DNA of 64,000 bases from Hormiphora californensis. Lineage: Eukaryota; Animalia; Ctenophora. Within the stretch, counting starts at the first letter, position 1; each line of letters starts with the position of its first letter. The position numbers and the translations under genes are program-made. The notes under the pieces were generated by a model. That model was not told the origin of the DNA, did no database searches, and saw only the letters and a list, made by a program, of their open reading frames with translations. The stretch is from assembly GCA_020137815.1 (NCBI GenBank), contig CM035351.1:1984001-2048000 (forward strand). The letters are read 5' to 3'. This document shows positions 49,675 through 63,943 of the stretch, one piece after another.

Positions 49675-52600
49675 ATGTTTGTTATTATCCCTCTCCTCAG
49701 CTCTCTCCTCTCTATCGCTCTAACGTTCCTCCTGGTAGCCCATCTGCACCTCTACTTCAGACGCCAGGCCTACTCCCACATCCCCTCCACCCCCATACCC
49801 TGGGGTCTCTCCTGGTGGTCGGGTCACATCACCCTTCTCCGATCATCCAACACCTCCACCCTGGATACCTTGGATGGGATCAGTGCCTCATTGTCCTCCC
49901 CAAACATTGTAATTTTCCTAGCCAGCCGGACTGCGTTCTACACCCGAGATGTACCCATAGTGGTTAAGATTCTGGGCCACCCTAAATCATGGCTGAAACC
50001 CAGGGAGATCTCGTTAGGGTTGGGTCAGTGGTACCAGGGTTCTGGGACACCGGTCTCTCATCACAGACCCAGGGACGGCTAACTGGCAAAACAAACGGAC
50101 AGTGCTTGATCCGTTGTTCAAATTGGCCTCTTTGAAGGTTTTCTTAGGAGAGCCAATCCAGAAAGCAACACAAAACCTCCAGCAACAAATCAGATATCTC
50201 AAATCTAAACGGGGTGTTGATCTTACTAACATTCTAAGACAATCATCACTCGAAGTGTTTTACCGTTGTATCCTGGGCTCTAAAACCCCACCAGAAGACG
50301 AACTTTATAACGCCATTAATGAGTTTCGGGCCACACTCAAATATTTTAAATCAGATTCGTTAAATATTGACATGCCCTGGTCGAGTGGAGCTACAAAAAA
50401 GAGATATCTCTGAGGCGGTGTGGGTGATACGAGATAGTCTGAGAGGATTTGTGAAGGAACATGGAAATGAAAACGGGATTCTAAAACATATCATTGAAGG
50501 TAAGATGCAATCATTTTGTGTGAGCGTGACACTTGATACACTACATAATTCAAAACAGTGGTCTAAACAATCATACCAACACCCCAGTAAACACGACAAA
50601 TGGTAAAGTGAATGTTGAAGATACAGGTGGACGAATTGATGGGGTTCCTCATTGCTACCATGGAAACCACCACGGTAACCATGGTAACCGCATTCCAACA
50701 TATTCTCGTAAATAAGGAGGTTCTGGAACGAGTTACCGCTGAGGTAATCAAATAGAGAGTTTTTCATACTTTCCTTCTCTATTATCAGGGTGTGAACTGC
50801 ATGTCGTGTTTGCTAGTCGCGAGCGCACTTGCGAGACAAGCAAACACGTCAAGGTTCATTAACAAGCATGCTGCTCAGTCATTTTAGATTTAATACACAA
50901 TGTAAGGATACCATGTAATAGGTGAGACTCTTGCCGTCACCCTCGTTCAAGTCCCGTGAAAAACGGAGCAGTACACGCAAACTGATGCCCATTTTCCTCG
51001 CGTGACCCCGATTCAGCAGTTTGAGACACCAACTCTTTAGGGGGCCATATCTCAGGAACCAGACAAGATAGGAAAAATCGCCGTCTAATGAGGCGTACAG
51101 TTTTTAATCTAGTTTACCACTGTACCGGCCGTTTCACTCTCCGACCTAAAACAAAAATCGCAACCCCACAAAACTTCAAAATAATGAAATTCGCATCTCG
51201 CATGTCGTGTTGCATGTCGTGTTGCATGTCGTGTCATGTTATTGACGCGCTCGCGTTCAACTCTCACACAGCAGCTGCAGAACATGGCGGGAAACATCGA
51301 GGAGTAGAGAGAGGGTCGGTGCCGAATCAAATATTTCTTGATCTTGATCTACTCCATCTCTCAGCTATCCTACCCCTCATCAACTCGATCTCTCAGCTAC
51401 CCTACCCCTCATCTACTCCATCTTTCAGCTACCATACCCCTCATCTACTCCATCTTTCAGCTACCCTACCCCTTATCTAGTCCATCTCTCAGCTACCCTA
51501 CTCCTCATCTACTCCATCTCTCAGCTTCCCTATTAGGGAAGCATAGAGATGGAAACGATTAGGGGTAGGGAATCCCTATCCATAATCGTTTCCATCTCTA
51601 TGCTTCCCTAGCCCTCATCAACTCCATCTTTCAGCTACCCTACCCCTAATCTAGTCCATCTCTCCGCTACCCTACTCCTCATCTACTCCATCTCTCTGTC
51701 AGCTACCCTACCTCCCATTTACTCCATCTCTCAGCTACCCTACCTCCCATTTACTCCATCTCTCAGCTTCCCTACCTCCCATTTACTCCATCTTTCAGAT
51801 ACTCTACCTCCCATTTACTCCATCTCTCAGCTTACCTACCTCCCATTTACTCCATCTCTCAGCTTCCCTATTAGGGAAGCATAGAGATGGAAACGATTAG
51901 GGGTAGTGAATCCCTATCCATAATCGTTTCCATCTCTATGCTTCCCTAGCCCTCATCAACTCCATCTTTCAGCTACCCTACCCCTAATCTAGTCTATCTC
52001 TCCGCTACCCTACTCCTCATCTACTCCATCTCTCAGCTACCCTACCTCCCATTTACTCCATCTCTCAGCTACCCTACCTCCCATTTACTCCATCTCTCAG
52101 CTTCCCTACCTCCCATTTACTCCATCTTTCAGATACCCTACCTCCCATTTACTCCATCTCTCAGCTTACCTACCTCCCATTTACTCCATCTCTCAGCTTC
52201 CCTACCTCCCATTTACTCCATCTCTCAGCTTCCCTACCTCCCATTTACTCCATCTCTCAGCTTACCTACCTCCCATTTACTCCATATCTCAGCTTCCCTA
52301 CCTGCCATTTACTCCATCTTTCAGATACCCTACCTCCCATTTACTCCATCTCTCAGCTTACCTACCTCCCATTTACTCCATCTCTCATTTATCCTAACAT
52401 TCCTACCCCTGAGAGATGGAGTAAATGGGAGGTAGGGAAGCTGAGAGATGGAGTAAATGGGAGGTAGGGAAGCTGAGAGATGGAGTAAATGGGAGGTAGG
52501 GAAGCTGAGAGATGGATTAAATGGAAGGTAGGTAAGCTGAGAGATGGAGTAAATGGAAGGTAGGTAAGCTGAGAGATGGAGTAAATGGGAGGTAGGGTAT

Positions 52601-54402
52601 CTGAGAGATGGAGTAAATGGGAGGTAGGGAAGCTGAGATATGGAGTAAATGGGAGGTAGGAAAGCTGAGAGATGGAGTAAATGGGTGGTAGGGTAGCTGA
52701 GAGATGGAGTAAATGGGAGGTAGGGAAGCTGAGGGATGGAGTAAATGGGAGGTAGGGAAGCTGAGAGATGGAGTAAATGGCAGGTAGGGAAGCTGAGATA
52801 TGGAGTAAATGGGAGGTAGGTAAGCTGAGAGATGGAGTAAATGAGAGGTAGGGAAGCTGAGAGATGGAGTAAATGGGAGGTATGGTAGCTGAGAGATGGA
52901 GTAAATGGGAGGTAGGGTAGCTGAAAGATGGAGTAGATGAGGAGTAGGGGAAACGATTATGGATAGGGATTCCCTACCCCTAATCGTTTCCATCTCTATG
53001 CTTCCCTAATAGGAAAGCTGAGAGATGGAGTAGATGAGGAGTAGGGTAGCTGAGAGATGGACTAGATAAGTGGTAGGGTAGCTGAAAGATGGAGTAGATG
53101 AGGGGTAGGGTAGCTGAAAGATGGAGTAGATGAGGGGTAGGGTAGCTGAGAGATCGAGTTGATGAGGGGTAGGATAGCTGAGAGATGGAGTAGATCAAGA
53201 TCAAGAAATATTTGATTCGGCACCGACCCTCTCTCTACTCCTCGATGTTTCCCGCCATGTTCTGCATCTGCTGTGTGAGAGTTGAACGCGAGCGCGTCAA
53301 TAACATGACACGACATGCAACACGACATGCAACACGACATGCGAGATGCGAATTTCATTATTTTGAAGTTTTGTGGGGTTGCGATTTTTGTTTTAGGTCG
53401 GAGAGTGAAACGGTCGGTACAGTGGTAAACTAGATTAAAAACTGTACGCCTCATTAGACGGCGATTTTTCCTATCTTGTCTGGTTCCTGAGATATGGCCC
53501 CCTAAAGAGTTGGTGTCTCAAACTGCTGAATCGGGGTCACGCGAGGAAAATGGGCATCAGTTTGCGTGTACTGCTCCGTTTTTCACGGGACTTGAACGAG
53601 GGTGACGGCAAGAGTCTCACCTATTACATGGTATCCTTACATTGTGTATTAAATCTAAAATGATTGAGCAGCATGCTTGTTAATGAACCTTGACGTGTTT
53701 GCTTGTCTCGCAAGTGCGCTCGCGACTAGCAAACACGACATGCAGTTCACACCCTGATTATTATATGCGTGATTGTATTAATGCCCTCGATTTTGTTCCT
53801 TCGTATTAAATCCTACATAGTGGAGACACTTTATAGCTCTCCCTATAGGTTGGTTCTGTGTATAGTGATAGAGATGTGATACAAATGGATGGTTTATTGA
53901 AGCTTCCCTATCTGAGTCACTGCATCAAAGAATCGCTTCGTCTCTCTCCCCCCGTTAGCAGTACTGTTAGAGTGAATAAAACCGGGAAAATTGTAGTTGA
54001 GGGCCTATTTATTCCTAAAAGTAAGCTATGAATGTAGTTCGTTTATACTTTTCCTATAGCTATAAATAATTCCCGATTTCCTGAACCTAATTATGACGAG
54101 TTATCAATTAACTATTATTTAATTAAACCTGTTTAGATACCCTGGTGGTGATCCCGATAAGATCCCTACAAAGAGACCCACGACATTGGAAGGACCCCAC
54201 CGATTTCAACCCTGATCGGTTTACCCGACATAATGTTACACCCAACACATTCCTCCCCTTTAGTATCGGACCTAGGGCATGTATTGGGAGAGATTTTGTA
54301 ATGACTCAAGTCACATGGACCCTGTCTGTACTATTTAGACACTTTGGTTTCTGTAAATCGGAGGACGACAGCATTGTTGATAGTTTAGATAGATTGAGTT
54401 GA
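49675..54402 (+). CDS. Cytochrome P450 (CYP46/clan-4-like), multi-exon, with frameshifts
   Basis: N-terminal TM and proline hinge, I-helix FLIATMETT, ExxR (KESLR), FNPDRF and heme motif FSIGPRACIG. Frameshifts near 50025 and 50400 are either errors or pseudogenisation. Confidence 0.85.
50786..53756. mobile_element. Foldback-type element, 2971 bp, almost entirely palindromic, in a CYP intron
   Basis: ~565-bp unique TIRs starting CAGGGTGTGAACTGC, followed by inverted arrays of a 32-bp subrepeat; ATTAT on both flanks. Confidence 0.93.
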
Positions 54403-54646
54403 TTAATTGCTTGTTACCAATCACGCGTGTGTGTTTTATTACTTTTAGTGTACATATAGTATTTCAATTATTTTATATCCTCCGTTGTCACATTTATAAA
54501 GCAAGCCTTTTCAAACATCCTCCGGCCTACATCTAACTAATTACCAAATTACTAACACCCTAATTACTAACACCCTAATTATACCAACACCCTAATAACA
54601 CCCTTATTACCCTAATTACCCTAATTTCCCCCAGGTGTCGACCATC

Positions 54647-55588
54647 ATGAAGGCAGAAATGGTTATGATAGGCACGGTGGCCATATGTTGTGCCAATGTC
54701 CTCTGCCTTGAGAAGATCATGAAGGAAGCACCCAATTCCTCAGCGCTAGTCCTCATTGTCAACTATATCCTGATCATTGGGGAGACTCTACTACGGAAAC
54801 CCTCCACCCTCTCCTCACCCTCTGTTCCCCTCAGTAACTACCTCATCATCACTGTTCTGAACTTCTCCCACTCCCTCCTAAACAACATGGCCCTGGCCTA
54901 CAATGTGGACATGCCAACCGTCCTGATTATTCGGTCAGGGTCCATCCTGGCCAACATGGCAGTGAGTATCGTGGCATTCCGGAGGTCCTATCCGATCAGC
55001 AAGTATCTCTCCGTTACCATGGTTACAGTTGGGATTGTCATGGCAACGCTGGCAAGCGCAGAGGAGAAGAAGAGAGAGGAAAGTGAGGAGGGATATGGGA
55101 GGTGGTTGATTGGTATGGGTATGCTTATCTACTCCCTATTTGCATCTTCCGTAATGGGTGTTTTCCAAGAGAAGTTGTTTGCTAAATTCGGCCGGGATGT
55201 CAAGGAGGAGGCCCTATTTTACTCCCACTTTCTCGGTCTTCCCAACTTTATTTTCCAGTGGAGTGCTCTAATTGCATCAATAGGAGAGTTCTCTGCTTCT
55301 CCCCCGCTTGAGATGATCCCTGGGGTACCTCGGTTGTGGGCCCTTCTCGTCCTGAATCTAGCCCTCCAGAATATTGGCCTCCGGGGTATCTACTGGTTGC
55401 TATCGGAGTGGAGTTCTCTTGCTGTTACCATGGTTACCACTGTCAGGAAGTTTATCTCTCTTCTCCTCTCAATTTTCCTGTTCAGCAATCCATTTACATC
55501 CTCTCACTGGATCGGATCTGTTCTTGTTATGGTCGGATCGGGGCTCTTCGCTCTACCTGAAAAGAAGAAAGAAGAGAAAACCGAATAG
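54647..55588 (+). CDS. SLC35B4: UDP-xylose/UDP-GlcNAc transporter, single exon
   Basis: CCANVLCLE, LNNMALAYNVDMP, IRSGSILANM, EALFYSHFLGLP and VTTVRKFISLLLSI motifs; C-terminal KKKEEKTE. Confidence 0.92.
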   Translation: MKAEMVMIGTVAICCANVLCLEKIMKEAPNSSALVLIVNYILIIGETLLRKPSTLSSPSVPLSNYLIITVLNFSHSLLNNMALAYNVDMPTVLIIRSGSILANMAVSIVAFRRSYPISKYLSVTMVTVGIVMATLASAEEKKREESEEGYGRWLIGMGMLIYSLFASSVMGVFQEKLFAKFGRDVKEEALFYSHFLGLPNFIFQWSALIASIGEFSASPPLEMIPGVPRLWALLVLNLALQNIGLRGIYWLLSEWSSLAVTMVTTVRKFISLLLSIFLFSNPFTSSHWIGSVLVMVGSGLFALPEKKKEEKTE

Positions 55589-55681
55589 ACATTTGATACA
55601 TACACATTTCTTATTTTTTGCGTGCAAAAAAGTTTTATTATTTTAGGGGTTGATTTATTTCTCTGACCATTAGGTTTATGT

Positions 55682-57100
55682 AGGGACCTGGTTCCATAAT
55701 GGTATAAGTGCAGATATACCAAAATGGAGATAACAGTGGGAGCATGTTTGGGATGGTCTAATGTACCTCCTGACCAATTTTGGTGAAGATCTGACCTCGG
55801 GAACACAAAAAAAAACTTTGGTACATCTTAACTTATACCACCACTTTTGCAGTTTTTTGGCCTCCTTGGGATATCTTAAGATAGTAAAAAGGCTTCAAAA
55901 TACGCTTGGGGGTATATCTGCAGATGTACCACCCTTAGACAGTTACCATGTATGGTATATCTGCAGATATACCAATTATTAATAGAAGTTTTGGTATATC
56001 TGCAGATGTACCAATTAGAAATTATAGAAATTTTGGTATATCTGCAAAAATGCACCTTCAAAAAATATAAAACTAGGTACATCTGCAGATATACCAGCCA
56101 ATATTTTTTATAAACGGTGGTATATCTGCATATGTACCACTTATCTAAAACAATAATGGTATATCTGCAGATATACCACTTATAATAATAGGAGGTTGGT
56201 ATATCTGAGACTAAACTTTTTCTACGGGCCGAGAATTTTTGCTGTTTTGTTGGAATCTGTTACTTTTTACTAGAAGTTGAGGATAATTGCTTGAGGTTTC
56301 TAAAATGCATAGGGTTGACGGGGTAAGATTGTATATTCAATGGAGTGCAACTGCTTGAAGTTTAAAAAACAGTTTTTTGCGATTATCTCAAAATGCACTT
56401 TCTGCAGATATATGAGGCATAAACTCTTGCCAGTGGCGCGTTATTTCAGATACCTTTCTCCCAGCGCGCCGCTGGGAGAAGGTAGCTGTAGTTTATCCGC
56501 CACTGGCGGATAAACTGGTTTAAATCACGACGACGATCCCGAGGCGTAGCCGAGGGAGAGGCGGAGGGGTTTAAACCTATAACGTGCCAGTGGCAAGAGT
56601 TTATGGGTTATATACCCTGCTTTAGTTGTTTGTTTCAAGTATTACACACAAACAAGAGAGAGAACACTAATCAAAACACAAAAAGAGAACTGAGAAACAG
56701 TCAAAAACATCTTTCAATTGAGTGTACATTGTTTGGTAACAGTTACTAAGGAGAGAGAGAAAGAAATAACAAGATATGGGGCATGCCAGACATAACACAG
56801 AGGAATGGAGATAGTGAAACAAAAGGGAAGATAAGAGAGAGTAATTGACGGAATGTGTTGTTTCTTTCTCTCCAATTTAGTGTGTAACTCTTCCAAACAG
56901 TGTTCCCTCTGTATTTCAGTAAGAACTGATCATTTACACACACTTTGAATGTAACATAGGGGTTAAAAATAAATAACCTGCCAGTGGGAAATAATCTGCC
57001 GCTGGACTGGCTGTTTATCGAGAGCGCGCTAGTGGGACTTCTCGCCACTGGCGCATTATTTAAGTTAGCAGGGTATATACCATTATGGAACCAGGTCCCT
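55682..57100. mobile_element. 1.4-kb element with 25-bp TIRs and palindromic ggtatatctgcagatatacc subrepeats
   Basis: AGGGACCTGGTTCCATAATGGTATA...TATACCATTATGGAACCAGGTCCCT; no clear TSD. Confidence 0.8.
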
Positions 57101-57238
57101 CTCTGTTATCAATAATTTATAGTGTACAAAGTTTTGCATTTATACATCTTATTCACATGATTTCCCTTCGTATTTCACGATATATCTACTCAACAAAAAT
57201 ATACCTAACAACTTCTTCAACTCAGTGTGTGTCACATC

Positions 57239-58219
57239 ATGTTGTACGATGTATGTGTGATCATAGGAGCGGCTATTCTCTCCATGACTCTGGCAACCCG
57301 ACCTGAACTTGTCTTTCCCTTCCCTAACATCTTCACATCCTCCCCACACCTCCTGTTCGCCCTCGTCACATCCACCCTACTCCTCATCCCAAAGAGTATC
57401 AATCCCGTTACTGCCTTCTGGAATGGTAAGTGTTATACAAACAGCTCAATTTCTGAGCTGTGATTGGTCAATGTAGGTCACGTGGTACCTGCAGTCGCAA
57501 CACTTTCTGAGCTGTGATTGGTCAATGTAGGTCACGTGGTGCCTGCAGTTGCAACTCTTTCTGAGCTGTGATTGGTCAATGTAGGTCACGTGGTGCCTGC
57601 AGTCGCAACTCTTTCTGAGCTGTGATTGGTCAATGTAGGTCACGTGGTGCCTGCAGTTGCAACTCTTTCTGAGCTGTGATTGGTCAATGTAGGTCACGTG
57701 GTACCTGCAGTTGCAACTCTTTCTGAGCTGTGATTGGTCAATGTAGGTCACGTGGTGCCTGCAGTCACAACTCTAATATCGACCTCTTGTTTAGGTGCTA
57801 AAGTGGCTGGAACAGTGGCCCTATGGACTGTAGTTTTGGTGCTGTTTGGTGCACCCATTGGTTCATTTGATAACTTATTCTGTGTAGCGTTACTGATGAC
57901 GGCTACCACTCACCCATTAACTGTCCCGGTAAGCATCTCTAATCCATCTCTCCCCCCTCTCCCTCGAAGGAACCAATCCTCTCAAACCACATCATTTCTC
58001 CGGCCCCTTTCTGACCCTCTGGTCCTCTAGGTTAAACTCAGAGTAATGGTTGTCCTCGCTGCGGGATGGATTGGCTCTATTCCAATGTTCCTAGACTGGA
58101 ACCAGCCATGGCACACTTGGCCTCGGCCGGTTATGGCAGGGCTTGCTGTGGGTCATCTTGTCGTCAAGGCACTACCCTACATCAAAGTTGATTCAGAGAC
58201 TGTTTTTAAACACTTGTAA
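57239..58219 (+). CDS. PIGF: GPI biosynthesis protein PIG-F/Gpi11, 3 exons
   Basis: VLFGAP and GWIGSIPMFLDWNQPWHTWP motifs; hydrophobic throughout. Confidence 0.85.
57448..57772. repeat. ~53-bp tandem repeat, 6 copies, in PIGF intron 1
   Basis: tttctgagctgtgattggtcaatgtaggtcacgtggtgcctgcagttgcaactc units. Confidence 0.95.
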
Positions 58220-58370
58220 TGGAACTAAAAACGTGTAATCTATTTGAGTTAATCATTAATGAGTGCGTATACATGTGTTTTTCTCTTCAGCGTAAAATTT
58301 TTAATTTGAATTTGAAATTCCATGTGTTTATTGTTTCAACCCAATCATCTCTACTAATCCCCTCTGTAGG

Positions 58371-59585
58371 ATGCTCTATCTGGTTGGGCTAGGTTTGGGT
58401 GACGTAACAGATATCACAGTTAAAGGTCTAGAGGTGGTTCGGTCATGTGACCAAGTCTTCCTGGAAGCCTATACTTCTCTTCTAATCAGTTCCGAAACAA
58501 GTGAACTCGAATCATACTACAACAAGAAGATCCAGATAGCAGACCGGGAGGTCGTGGAGAGTGGTTGTGAGTGTATTTTGGGCCCTGCGAAGGACCAGAA
58601 TATTGCCTTTTTAGTAGTGGGTGACCCGCTGGGTGCAACAACTCATACGGACCTGATATTACGAGCAGTTGAGAGGGGCATATCTTACAAGGTTATCCAT
58701 AATGCGAGTATAATGAATGCCATAGCGAGTACGGGCCTGCAGTTATACAACTTTGGAGAGACAGTCAGTATTTGTTTTTGGAAGGAAAACTGGAGGCCTA
58801 CCAGTTTTGTTGATAAGATCATCGCCAATCTGAAACGAGGACTTCATGTTTTGTGTCTTCTCGATATTACGTGTAGGTTGGGATGGAGGGCGCGCGCGCG
58901 CAATTCTTAACAAGCCCACGATTTCAGCACTTCGCGCACCTGCGTTTTTCTTCCTAACTCACGGATTAAGCCGTCACGTGGCGGTAAACCTTCCCACATG
59001 TCTCCATTTTCACAATCACATGTCCATTTCAAGTACCCCCTTTTTAGGTCAAGGAAATCGATTGGACAAAGATGGTCCGAGGGCAGAAGGTGTACGAACC
59101 ACCACAGTACATGTCTGTCAATACAGCTGTTCAGCAGATATTGGAAAATCTGAAGGAGAGGGGAGATGACGATGGTGATGTGCTCTCAGAAGATTCCCTT
59201 GCCGTGGGTGTGGCGAGGCTCGGTTCAGATAAACAGACAATCATCTCAGGTAAATGTGTAAAACTCAGCCCTCAGGTATGATCTGTCTGATCTGACTTCT
59301 GAGAATCAAGACGGGGTCTGGCGTCACCAGACAGGGTACGAATACGATTAATGAATTCCAACCCCCCTCCCCCATTACTTAGTCCCAGCTAAAATTAGTA
59401 AATTCCCACAATCTCATGTCTAACTGTCTAAACCCCTCTCAATTACAGGTACACTCAGACAGTTGGTAGATACAGAATTCGGTGAACCACTCCACAGTCT
59501 CTGTATTGTTGGAAAGCTCCACGCACTTGAGGCAGATATGTTACGACATTTTGCTGTGGACAAAAGTGTCATTCCCGTATTGTAG
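58371..59585 (+). CDS. DPH5: Diphthine methyl ester synthase, 3 exons
   Basis: MLYLVGLGLGD..DITVKGLE, VVGDPLGATTH, GLQLYNFGETVS, YEPPQYM and GEPLHSL motifs. A 1-base discrepancy at the first donor (~58869). Confidence 0.95.
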
Positions 59586-59768
59586 TAGTATCCCTCGGTT
59601 TACTGTAATGGTGCTGTTAACTTATTATCTCTCGCATTCGAGTCTTTTAGCTCCCTTCGTTTAATTGTTTTGTGATGTCCCCCTAACCTCTCTCACACTA
59701 GCGTGGTGTTACACTACTCTCCTGCACTCCATAGGATGGCTACTTGGTGAAGGTTTCACTGTTTCATA

Positions 59769-60247
59769 ATGGCTAGTAAGGATGACCTGAGGCAGTTCAT
59801 TGGTAGTGGGATAGAGCATATGGCAGTCATGGCCGATCGAGAGAGGACACCCAGTACTAGCAGCAGTAGTGTCTGTGGTAGCACTTCCCTTCCCTCAGCT
59901 CCTGCTCCTCCTGATTCACTGGTGAGCTTTTGTTTGTTTGTTTGTTTGTTTGTTTGTTTGTTTGTTTGTTTGTTTGTTTGTTTGTTTGTTTGTTTGTTTG
60001 TTTGTTTGTTTGTTTGTTTGTTTGTTTGTTTGTTTGTTTGTTTGTTTGTTTGAAGGGATCTCGATAATAATAATTCCATGTTCTAAGGTATTGAGTGAAA
60101 TAGGAGCGAGGCTTGAGGCAACATCAAAAGATCTGGAGGGGATGTTGACTTGGCTGGAGGGAGAGATCGATGGTATTAGTGGTCATACCTCCCTGATGGT
60201 CGACCAACATGTAGCTGCTGTAGATAATATTGCTACAGCTGCTGACC

Positions 60248-60337
<90 letters not shown>

Positions 60338-60825
60338 TCCCCCTCTCTCCCTATCTCTCAAACTATTGTCCCAAGCAAACCACGTTTGGTCTGATTGATT
60401 GACGTAGGGAACTCTCCCCTCGTGGTGTTTGAAATAACTCTACTTCTTTTTGTTCTATGATCATATTTCAAAGCCCTACCAAAATTTACAAGAAGACTGG
60501 CACTGCCGGTTAATTACTCCCATTGTCCATGCAATCCACCTTGACCCTTTGAGGCCCATAGTGATTTGCTGGTCGAAATTTTCTAATTCTTCCTGGAAAT
60601 ACTCTAAGAAAAATACCGTGTATATTTTCATCAACAATTCCTCTCTTCCTCTCTAGGTCAATTAAAGCGATGTACTCCCTCCTATCGCGGTCCACAGAAA
60701 TCCAGGATCGCCTTGTCAAAGTTGAAATGATGTCAGCCCACCTAAAATCAATCGTAAAGTACCTCGAAAGATTGGATACCACAGTTAAGACTTTTAAATT
60801 ACCACAAAAGCCACCCCCAAGTTGA
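59769..60825 (+). CDS. BORCS6: BLOC-1-related complex subunit 6 (lyspersin)-like, 3 exons
   Basis: AVDNIATAADQSIKAMYSLLSRSTEIQ...IVKYLERLD matches my recollection of the BORCS6 C-terminal domain. Confidence 0.75.
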
Positions 60826-61039
60826 TGTATTCTGTTCTGCATGGTGTGTTTGATTTGTTTCTGTGTGTATAATATCAAGAATAATGAATACGAGGATTTT
60901 TGTTCAGTTTTCCATTTTTGTTTTGTTGCTCAAGAGAGAGAGAGAGAGAGAGAGAGATAGAAGGAATATCTAAAGCTTTGTTTAATGGCTAATATTTCTT
61001 TATACCCCCCCCCCCCAACTAACATCCCATCCTATAGAA

Positions 61040-61894
61040 ATGTTGCTAGCACGCCGCCTCCTCTCTCTCCCCTCCACTTTATGTCGCTCCCTCGGTACCT
61101 ACAAATATCTTGATGTTCAAGAGGCCCGGCCCAAAGTATACCAAGTCAACCTGAACCGTCCTGCCAAACGTAACGCCCTCTCCATGGAGATGTGGTCGGA
61201 GATAGGACAATGCTTCAACGAGTTATCCAACACTCCCTCATGTCGTGTTGTTGTGTTATCGGGTGCTGGCAAGATGTTCTGTGCCGGTATTGATCTGGGT
61301 GCATTCCTCAGTGTCGTGCCCCGGCAACCCGACCAAGCACACAAATCCCTCCAACTTATTGAAACAATCAGAAAGCTGCAGGATGATTTCACAGCTGTGG
61401 AGAAGTGCCGGAAGCCCGTTATCGCGGCTGTCCATGGTCCCTGTATTGGCGGGGGTGTTGATCTGATATCAGGGACAGATATCCGGCTCATGTCCGCTGA
61501 CTCATTCATCCAAGTCAAGGAGGTTGATCTGGGGTTGGCTGCAGATGTCGGAACACTCCAACGACTCCCCAAGATAGTTGGTAGTCAGAGCTTGGTTAGC
61601 GAGTACTGCCTAACTGGGAGGAAGGTATTTAGTGATGAGGCACTGCGTGTTGGGGTTGTCAGTAGAGTTCTCCCGGACCGGTCTGCAGTTGTGGAGTGTG
61701 CCCTGGATATGGCACAGAGGATCGCTTCAAAGAGCCCAGTAGCAGTACAGGGTACTAAGAGTAACCTTGTGTATAGTAGGGACCACACAACACAGGAGGG
61801 GTTGGACAGGGTCGCCCTGTGGAATAGTGCCATGCTGCTAGGTAACGATATTGTTACTGCCATGTCCGGGGGAAGTGAGTTCGAGGATGCTTGA
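61040..61894 (+). CDS. ECH1: Delta(3,5)-Delta(2,4)-dienoyl-CoA isomerase, single exon
   Basis: Crotonase fold motifs LNRPAKRNA, FCAGID, CIGGGVDL, KEVDLGLAADVGTLQRLPK and SPVAVQGTK; mitochondrial-type presequence. Confidence 0.95.
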   Translation: MLLARRLLSLPSTLCRSLGTYKYLDVQEARPKVYQVNLNRPAKRNALSMEMWSEIGQCFNELSNTPSCRVVVLSGAGKMFCAGIDLGAFLSVVPRQPDQAHKSLQLIETIRKLQDDFTAVEKCRKPVIAAVHGPCIGGGVDLISGTDIRLMSADSFIQVKEVDLGLAADVGTLQRLPKIVGSQSLVSEYCLTGRKVFSDEALRVGVVSRVLPDRSAVVECALDMAQRIASKSPVAVQGTKSNLVYSRDHTTQEGLDRVALWNSAMLLGNDIVTAMSGGSEFEDA

Positions 61895-62191
61895 AGGGAG
61901 GATTGTAAAGATTTTGTGATTGTTATTGTGATTTATTATGTGTTAGTAGCGGGGGTGGGAGATAAGAAGAAGGGAGCTAGTATTAATAGCTGCTATTATT
62001 CTTGAATATTCCCAGAATTATAATCGAAATATTAATCCATGAGTCTGCAGCATTGCTTTGTATATCAATCCTTCTCTCTGATCACGCCATACATTTCCAA
62101 GAAACAGATATCATGTTTGGTCTAATTGCGGTGCAGCTCCGCAGTTCTCCCTCTCCCTCTCTCTCTCTCTCTCCCTCCCTCTCTAGCTATT

Positions 62192-63943
<1,752 letters not shown>

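Noticed and set aside
51088-53454. Mirror-image 130-aa ORFs on opposite strands
   Set aside because: By-products of the foldback TIRs; no transposase motifs.
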